Assembly: GCA_031409655.1 (NCBI GenBank)
Contig: JANNXQ010000044.1
Location: 1 to 14,680 of the forward strand
Direction: 5' to 3'
Length of the DNA stretch: 14,680 bases
DNA from: Chthoniobacteraceae bacterium
GTDB lineage: Bacteria > Verrucomicrobiota > Verrucomicrobiia > Chthoniobacterales > Chthoniobacteraceae
In this document: piece after piece, positions 8,885-14,680 of the stretch
How positions within the stretch are numbered: position 1 is the stretch's first letter
How the letters are laid out: every line of letters begins with the position of its first letter
The notes under the pieces: model-generated
What the model saw: the letters and a program-made list of their open reading frames with translations, nothing else
The model's database searches: none
What the model was told of the DNA's origin: nothing
Translations under genes and position numbers: made by a program

Positions 8885-9622
8885 ATGAACAACACCATCG
8901 CCAACAAACTCTCCACCTTCGTCACGGCCCTCAATGTCGCCGATGTCCCAAAATACGCGGAGATCTGGCGGGGAAAATCGCCCGAACACTTTGGCGAAGG
9001 CCTCGAGGAAGTGCGCGGTATGGTGAAGGCCACGGCCAGCAAGGCCGCCGAACAAAGTGCGCCGATCACCGGCGACACCGAGGCCTTGCGGCTCCTGCGC
9101 ACGGATCTCGAAAAATGGCTGCATGTGCTGGCGCGGGCCACTTTCCGCGCGCTCACGCGGCTGGAACGCACCGAGGACGGGGCCAAGGTGGACGTGACGC
9201 CCTCGGATCTCGCGAAGGCGCGGGCGATCAATCTCGCCGGGATCGGCGAGACCGTGCTGGATCTCGCGGAGCCGCTCTCCGTGGCTCCCGAGGGTGGCGG
9301 CGAACCGCTCGGGAAAAAGGCCGGCATCACCCCGGCGCTGGTGGCGCGCGTGGATAAGCTGTGGGCCGACTACGGCGTCGCCGTGGGCGCGCCCGCCAGC
9401 GCCCGCGCCCGGCGCAAGGCGCTCACCGGGCAGATCCCCAACGACGCGCGGAACATCGAGGCCAAGTGCGCGGAACTCGACGATCTGGTGATCCAGTTCG
9501 CCGACACCGCGGCGGGCGATGAATTTGTCGGCGCGTGGTTCAATGCGCGCAAGGTGGTGGACCTCGGCCGCCGCGCGGCGAAACCAGCGCCGGTGCCGGC
9601 ACCCGCCCCAGCACCGAAGTAG
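8885..9622 (+). CDS. Uncharacterised all-alpha-like protein, 245 aa, with Pro/Ala tail
   Basis: ATG start, G/C-ending codon bias, amphipathic helices; motifs Q...ITG, GIT.A, LDDLV.QF and F..AWFNAR.VVDLG recalled from a widespread hypothetical-protein family; no signal peptide or TM segment. Confidence 0.85.
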   Translation: MNNTIANKLSTFVTALNVADVPKYAEIWRGKSPEHFGEGLEEVRGMVKATASKAAEQSAPITGDTEALRLLRTDLEKWLHVLARATFRALTRLERTEDGAKVDVTPSDLAKARAINLAGIGETVLDLAEPLSVAPEGGGEPLGKKAGITPALVARVDKLWADYGVAVGAPASARARRKALTGQIPNDARNIEAKCAELDDLVIQFADTAAGDEFVGAWFNARKVVDLGRRAAKPAPVPAPAPAPK

Positions 9623-9661
9623 GACGGTCCCGGCGTGCCGGAGCGTGGAGCGGGTGCGGGG

Positions 9662-9726
9662 GGCAGCGAGTGGGCTATCGCCACCGTCGCTCGACGGGGC
9701 AAAGGGAGAGAGCCGCCTGCCGGCAT
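9662..9726 (+). repeat. REP-like family A copy, direct repeat of 8339-8395
   Basis: ggcagcgagtgggctatcgccac (9662-9684) vs ggcagcgagtgggctgtcgccac (8339-8361), 22/23 identical; agagccgcctgccggcat (9709-9726) vs agaaccgcctgtcggcat (8378-8395), 16/18 identical. Confidence 0.75.
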
Positions 9727-9880
9727 CGCGGCGCGCTACGCCGCAGAAGGTGGCGGCGGTGATCTATGGAGAGACGGTTGCCCCGTCCCTTTGCTCGGAA
9801 CGGAGAGGCAACGGGATGCGCCAGGCTCCGCAGGGGCCTGTCTCCGCTGCCATGCCTTCGTCAACGCGCTACCGCGCGCT

Positions 9881-10138
9881 CTACTTCGCCGCCTTGGTCA
9901 GCGCCTTGCGGGTCTTCTTGATGATGCTCCGCACGGTGTCGCTCGGCTGGGCGCCTTTGTCGATCCAGTAGTCGGCGCGGGTCAGGTCGATGTTGGTGTT
10001 GTCGCCTTCCTTGCGCGGATTGTAGTTGCCGATGATCTCGATGAACTTGCCATCACGCGGGCTGCGCTGGTCGGCGACGACCACTTTGTAATACGGATTG
10101 TTGAGCGAGCCTTCGCGGCGGAGACGGATGGAGACCAT
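9881..10138 (-). CDS. rpsP: 30S ribosomal protein S16
   Basis: MVSIRLRREG...PYYKVVVADQRSPRDGKFIE.IG.YNP...W...GAQPSDTV; lies downstream of ffh. Confidence 0.98.
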   Translation of the reverse strand: MVSIRLRREGSLNNPYYKVVVADQRSPRDGKFIEIIGNYNPRKEGDNTNIDLTRADYWIDKGAQPSDTVRSIIKKTRKALTKAAK

Positions 10139-10140
10139 TG

Positions 10141-10175
10141 GGATTTAGGATTTCAGATTTAGGGATTTGAGATTG
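10141..10175. repeat. Short ~7-bp GATTT tandem repeats in ffh-rpsP spacer
   Basis: ggattta ggatttc agattta gggattt gagattg. Confidence 0.55.
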
Positions 10176-10183
10176 GAAAATTT

Positions 10184-11515
10184 TCAGCGGGGACGGAAGC
10201 GACTTGGGCCGCCGGAGCGGGCCATCATCTTCTTCAAGCCACCCATGTTCTTCATCATTTTGCGCATCTGGGAGAAGCGCATGAGGAGATCGTTTACTTC
10301 GGTGACTGAGGTTCCACTCCCACGGGCGATACGCTGGCGACGGCGGGCATTCAAAATGTCCGGTTTGGTCCGTTCGCCGGGCGTCATGGAAAGCACTATC
10401 GCTTCCACCCGTTTGATCTGTTTCTCGTCAATCGAAAGTCCCTTGATTTGGCTCATCCCGGGGATCATGGCAAGGACGTTTTCCAGCGGCCCCAGCTTCT
10501 TGATCATTTTGAACTGGCTGAGAAAGTCGTTCAGATCGAACGAAGCGGTCCGCATTTTCTCCTCCATGCGCCGCGCTTCGTCCTCGTCGATCGCCTCGGC
10601 GGCTTTTTCCACAAGGCCCAAAATATCGCCCATCCCGAGGATGCGCCCGGCGAGACGATCGGGGTGGAAGGGCTCGAATTGATCGAGCTTTTCACCGAGA
10701 CCGGCGAATTTGATCGGACGCTGCGTGACCTCGCGCATCGAGAGCGCCGCACCGCCGCGGGCGTCGCCGTCGAGCTTCGTGAGGACGAGGCCGGTGATGG
10801 TGAGCGCCTGATGAAAATGCGTGGCCACGCTGACGGCCTGCTGGCCGGTGGCGGCGTCCGCGACAAGGAGGACTTCCTGCGGATTGAGGTATTCCTTGAG
10901 GTGCTTGATCTCGGCGACGAGCGCTTCGTCGATCTCCTGGCGTCCGGCGGTGTCGAAGATCTGCACATTGCCGCCCTGCTCGGCGGCCCAGGCGACGGCT
11001 AGCTTGGCGACTTTGAGCACGTCTTTTTCGCCCGCGGGCGGGAGGAAAACGGGGACGCCGATCTGCTTGCCGAGGGTGGCGAGTTGCTCGATGGCGGCGG
11101 GACGCTGGAGATCGCAGGCGATGAGCAGCGGGGCGCGGCCTTGCTTTTTCAGCCAGCTCGCGAGCTTCGCGGACGAGGTCGTTTTGCCCGCTCCGTTCAG
11201 GCCGACCATGAGGATGCGGGCGGGCTTGTCGAGAATCAGCGGCGAGGCATCGCCGCCGAGGAGCGCGGTGAGTTCGTCGTGGAAGATTTTGACGATCTGC
11301 TGGCCGGGCGTGACGGAGCGGAGGACCTCTTCGCCCAGCGCCTTCTCTTTCACCCGGGCGATGAAACCCTTGGCGACATTGAAATCGACGTCCGCCTCAA
11401 GCAACGCCATCCGCACCTCGCGCAAGGCGTCGGTGACGTTCGTCTCAGAGATTTTTCCATGACCGCGGAGGTCTTTGAAAATGTCCTGAAGCTTATCGGC
11501 GAGGAGTGAAAACAT
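10184..11515 (-). CDS. ffh: Signal recognition particle protein Ffh
   Basis: SRP GTPase motifs GLNGAGKTT, DTAGR and TKLDGDARGG, then RILGMGD and a Met-rich M domain with RRQRIARGSG. Confidence 0.98.
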   Translation of the reverse strand: MFSLLADKLQDIFKDLRGHGKISETNVTDALREVRMALLEADVDFNVAKGFIARVKEKALGEEVLRSVTPGQQIVKIFHDELTALLGGDASPLILDKPARILMVGLNGAGKTTSSAKLASWLKKQGRAPLLIACDLQRPAAIEQLATLGKQIGVPVFLPPAGEKDVLKVAKLAVAWAAEQGGNVQIFDTAGRQEIDEALVAEIKHLKEYLNPQEVLLVADAATGQQAVSVATHFHQALTITGLVLTKLDGDARGGAALSMREVTQRPIKFAGLGEKLDQFEPFHPDRLAGRILGMGDILGLVEKAAEAIDEDEARRMEEKMRTASFDLNDFLSQFKMIKKLGPLENVLAMIPGMSQIKGLSIDEKQIKRVEAIVLSMTPGERTKPDILNARRRQRIARGSGTSVTEVNDLLMRFSQMRKMMKNMGGLKKMMARSGGPSRFRPR

Positions 11516-11590
11516 GAAAGCGGGGCGGGAGCGTAGCGCAGAAAGGCGCGGCGTCGAGCGCGGGATCAGGGAGGGTTTTCGGGGGGCTCT

Positions 11591-11710
11591 GCGTTTGGCG
11601 TTTGGCGTTAGAAGTTTAAAGTTTGGCCTTCTCCCGCTCTCGGCAGCGGTTCGATCCCCCGGTCGGAATGAACGTCAAACTTCAAACGCCAAACGCCAAA
11701 CGCTAAACGG
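11591..11710. repeat. Inverted arrays of heptamer repeats forming a long imperfect hairpin
   Basis: gcgtttg gcgtttg gcgttag aagttta aagtttg (11591-11625) versus caaactt caaacgc caaacgc caaacgc taaacgg (11676-11710), with a 50-nt spacer. Confidence 0.8.
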
Positions 11711-11727
11711 CCTGATTCCGAGGCTCC

Positions 11728-12426
11728 TTATTCCACCAGCCGACCGTCCTGCATCTCGATGCGCCGATCGCCACGGGCAGCGAGATGGCTGTCGTGCGTG
11801 ACCACGACGAGCGTTTTGCCGCCTTCGCGGACGAGATCGAGAAGCAGTTCGACGATTCCTTCGCCCGTCTTCGAGTCAAGATTGCCGGTCGGTTCATCGG
11901 CAAAGACGACGCTGGGCTCGTTGATCAGCGCTCGGGCGATGGCCACCCGCTGCTGCTCGCCGCCAGAAAGCTCCGGGGGCAAGTGGTGCAGCCGATCTTG
12001 CAAGCCCACGCGCGTCAAGGCGCACTCCGCAGCCTCGTGATTCACCCTTCCGCCAATGAGCGAGGGGAGCGACACATTCTCCAGAGCCGTGAGTTCCGGG
12101 AGGAGAAAGTAGCCCTGAAAGACAAAGCCGATCCGGGTATTCCGAATCCGCGCGGCGGCTCCCTCGCCGCGGGCGTAAAAATCTTCGCCCTCGAAAGTCA
12201 CCGTGCCCGACTCCGGTCGTTCGAGCCCCGCGAGGGTATAGAGGAGCGTAGTCTTTCCCGCCCCAGACGCCCCGCAGAGGAAGACGGCCTCACCCCGCGC
12301 GATCTCCGTGCTGATGCCGCGCAGGACTTCGATCTTGCGCGAGCCGAGCTGGAAAGAGCGGCGCAAATCGCGGGCGACGATGACGGGGGACGTGAGGGGT
12401 GGAGAGCTGGGAGTGGAAGGATTCAT
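11728..12426 (-). CDS. ABC transporter ATP-binding protein, LolD/MacB family
   Basis: Walker [10 protein letters not shown]-loop IGFVFQ, signature [15 protein letters not shown], Walker [14 protein letters not shown]-loop VTHD. Confidence 0.93.
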   Translation of the reverse strand: MNPSTPSSPPLTSPVIVARDLRRSFQLGSRKIEVLRGISTEIARGEAVFLCGASGAGKTTLLYTLAGLERPESGTVTFEGEDFYARGEGAAARIRNTRIGFVFQGYFLLPELTALENVSLPSLIGGRVNHEAAECALTRVGLQDRLHHLPPELSGGEQQRVAIARALINEPSVVFADEPTGNLDSKTGEGIVELLLDLVREGGKTLVVVTHDSHLAARGDRRIEMQDGRLVE

Positions 12427-12485
12427 GCGACGCGCGGCGCGCAGCTTCTACGGAAGGAAGGCCCGCAATGCCACCTTTCCATCGC

Positions 12486-12950
12486 TCATGAAACTCCCCG
12501 GCCCGCCTCCTGCCGCACCGCTTCATAGAGGACGACTCCCACGGCGGTCGCGAGATTCAGGCTGCGCGTCGCGGCGCGCATGGGGATGGTGAGTGCCCAC
12601 TCAGGATGCTCCGCGAGGAGCGACTCGGGGAGCCCTTTGGTCTCGCGACCAAAGACCAGGAAATCGCCGTCGTGAAACTCCGCAGACCAGTAGGCCCGCT
12701 CGGTTTTTGTAGTCAGGAAAAAATACCGAACCACGCTCGCCTGGGCCGCTCGCAGGGCGTCGAAGGAATCCCACAAACTCACCTTCACCTCCCGCCAGTA
12801 GTCGAGGCCCGCCCGCCGCAACGCCCGATCGTCGAGTGAAAATCCGAGCGGCTTCACCAAGTGGAGATGCGCGCCCGTCGCCAGACAAAGTCTCCCGATA
12901 TTGCCGGTGTTGGGCGGGATTTCGGGTTCGATCAGGACGACATGAAACAT
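12486..12950 (-). CDS. trmL: tRNA (cytidine/uridine-34 2'-O)-methyltransferase TrmL (SPOUT)
   Basis: MFHVVLIEPEIPPNTGNIGRLC, RRAGLDYW, FGRETKGL, RSLNLATAV; ATG at 12950 preferred over GTG at 12968. Confidence 0.95.
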   Translation of the reverse strand: MFHVVLIEPEIPPNTGNIGRLCLATGAHLHLVKPLGFSLDDRALRRAGLDYWREVKVSLWDSFDALRAAQASVVRYFFLTTKTERAYWSAEFHDGDFLVFGRETKGLPESLLAEHPEWALTIPMRAATRSLNLATAVGVVLYEAVRQEAGRGVS

Positions 12951-13012
12951 CGGGCGCGCACTTTCCACTTTTCACTTCCGCATTCCACTCCCTACTTTGG
13001 GTTACTGCCCCC

Positions 13013-14263
13013 GTGCGTTACCTCAAGGCCTCCATTTTCATCGGTTTGCTCGTGAGCGCGCTGGTGATCGTGCTCTCGGAAGCTGGCTTGCTGCATCAGT
13101 TCGACCAGAACCTCGCCAGGCTGCTGGCCTATCGCGCAGCGCCAGACGTAAACCGCATCCTCCAATATGCGCTGGCGATCGTCTTCGCTTTCGGCGTCGC
13201 GTGGACGACGATCGACGTCCCGAGAGATTCGCTAAAACTGGTCATCGCGGGAGGCGCGCTGGCGCAAGTCATCGCCGCTGTCTGGGTGCTGAATCTCCTC
13301 GGCATTTTCTTTTCACCATTCGCCAGTCTCATCGCGATCGCACTGAGCGCACTGGCAGGCCTTTTCTACGCGCAGACCGAAGCCGGCAGCCGGAAGCGGC
13401 TGCTGCGCCAGGTGCTGGGAGAACGGGTCTCGAATCAGACCTTCAAAGCGCTGCTCGACGCACCCGTCCCACTCGCGCTCGAAGGGGAACGCCGCGAAGT
13501 GACCGTGGTCGTCTGCGAAATCTTCAATCACGACGATCTGGAGTCAGCGCTCCCGGCTACGGACTATGTGGCGCTGACGAATTCCTTCCGCCGGAATGCC
13601 TCCGAACTGCTCGTGGAGCGCGGGGGATACCTCGATGAATGCGACGGCGAAAGTGTCCGCGTGGTCTTCGGTGCGCCGCTGGCCGAGCTTCGCCACGCGG
13701 CGATCGCCTGCGATGCCGCCCTCGCCCTCGTGGAGCGACTCGTCGAGGTGAACCGCGAATGCCACACCGTCTGGAAGCAGATGTTCGACTTCCGCATCGG
13801 CGTGAACTCCGGCGAAATGACCCTCGCCGCGTATGGCTCGCGGCGGCTTGGCGCTTACAGCGTCGCTGGCGAGCCAGCGGATTTTGCCCGGCGCCTCTGC
13901 CGCGCGAACCTCATCTACGGCACGCGAATCCTGCTCGGCTCCCAGACTTCCGTGCTCTCGGAGAGCGAGATCGAAGTCCGCCCCATGGAACTCATTCAGC
14001 GGAGCGAAGACGGGGGGCGTGAGGAGATTTACGAGTTGATCGCCCGTCGCCACGCCCTCTCCGAAGAAGCGCTCGAGCGCCGTGACACCTTCTGGCGAGC
14101 CGTCATCCGCTATCGGGAGCAGACTTGGGACGAAGCGCTCGCCCTCTTCCACAGCGCCCGAATCCCCGGGGGCACCGATGGACCCGTCGAGTTCTACATT
14201 CGCCGCATCGAACAACTCCGAGCCGGCCTCCCGGCGCTCGATTGGAACACAGCCAGACTGTAG
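13013..14263 (+). CDS. Membrane-anchored class III adenylate/guanylate cyclase-like protein with degenerate active site and C-terminal TPR-like helices
   Basis: Several N-terminal hydrophobic segments; LEGERREVTV, VVFGAP, FRIGVNSG, G.....ARRL..AN..YGT.IL motifs. Start placed at GTG 13013 because the 12836 start overlaps trmL. Confidence 0.85.
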   Translation: MRYLKASIFIGLLVSALVIVLSEAGLLHQFDQNLARLLAYRAAPDVNRILQYALAIVFAFGVAWTTIDVPRDSLKLVIAGGALAQVIAAVWVLNLLGIFFSPFASLIAIALSALAGLFYAQTEAGSRKRLLRQVLGERVSNQTFKALLDAPVPLALEGERREVTVVVCEIFNHDDLESALPATDYVALTNSFRRNASELLVERGGYLDECDGESVRVVFGAPLAELRHAAIACDAALALVERLVEVNRECHTVWKQMFDFRIGVNSGEMTLAAYGSRRLGAYSVAGEPADFARRLCRANLIYGTRILLGSQTSVLSESEIEVRPMELIQRSEDGGREEIYELIARRHALSEEALERRDTFWRAVIRYREQTWDEALALFHSARIPGGTDGPVEFYIRRIEQLRAGLPALDWNTARL

Positions 14264-14392
14264 GGGGCTCAGATCTCGCTTTTCAGAGTGGATCGGGACG
14301 AGGACGGCAGAACAGCAGAGGCAGCCTTCGAAACTCAGGCATCCCGTTTCAATTCGGGGAGCAACTTCTCGTTTACTTCCATTGGCTGGACC

Positions 14393-14479
14393 ATTATGCC
14401 GCGACATGGATTATGCCGCGCGGTTGGTTGCGATTGAGGTGGGTGCTGAAGCTGTGTTGCCGCTTCGCGGCATAATCCA
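14393..14479. repeat. 14-bp perfect inverted repeat plus a partial direct copy
   Basis: tggattatgccgcg (14407-14420) / cgcggcataatcca (14466-14479); attatgccgcg also at 14393-14403; gccgcttcgcggc hairpin at 14459-14471. Confidence 0.7.
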
Positions 14480-14510
14480 GGGCGGAATGCGCCGATTTTG
14501 TTGTCGGGAT

Positions 14511-14573
14511 CGGAACAAAACTAGACAGAGACGGTTCAAAACTGGACGGAGACGGAACAAAATTGGAATCTGA
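14511..14573 (+). repeat. Three 21-bp tandem repeats
   Basis: cggaacaaaactagacagaga / cggttcaaaactggacggaga / cggaacaaaattggaatctga. Confidence 0.7.
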
Positions 14574-14680
14574 AGGGGCGGAAGGGGCATTTTTCGGGGG
14601 GTGGGGGGGCGCCGCCGAGGAGGGGGGCGGCGGGGGGGGGGGGCCCCCCGGGGGGGTGCGGCCCCGCACCCCCCACGGGC

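Noticed and set aside
11641..11665. tRNA fragment (GGTTCGATCCC T-loop-like motif)
   Set aside because: No complete T-stem pairing, acceptor stem or cloverleaf.
14574..14680. G-quadruplex or Pro-rich ORF 14394..14669
   Set aside because: Abrupt G/C homopolymer-rich tail looks like low-quality contig-end sequence; cannot be trusted.

Overview
High-GC bacterial DNA; the protein families and C-terminal domain style suggest Verrucomicrobiota (inference). The left ~9.8 kb is accessory. It starts with the end of an IS66-like element (GTAAGCGTC terminus plus tnpA N-terminus) and an orphan, start-less F-type-lectin domain. Next is a ~2,225-codon secreted adhesin-like gene (14 propeller-blade repeats, Ig-like, PPC-like, beta-helix-like and C-terminal domains). 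That gene carries an in-frame TGA at a Trp position and an apparent ATG>ATA start. Several REP/REPIN-like palindromes follow, two of them abutting gene remnants. A module of 15 degenerate 21-bp tandem repeats lies directly upstream of an uncharacterised 245-aa helical protein and is bracketed by direct repeats. The right part is housekeeping: rpsP, ffh, a LolD-like ABC ATPase, trmL and a degenerate class III cyclase. It ends with small repeats and a low-complexity G/C tail. All calls come from motif reading; no database searches were run.
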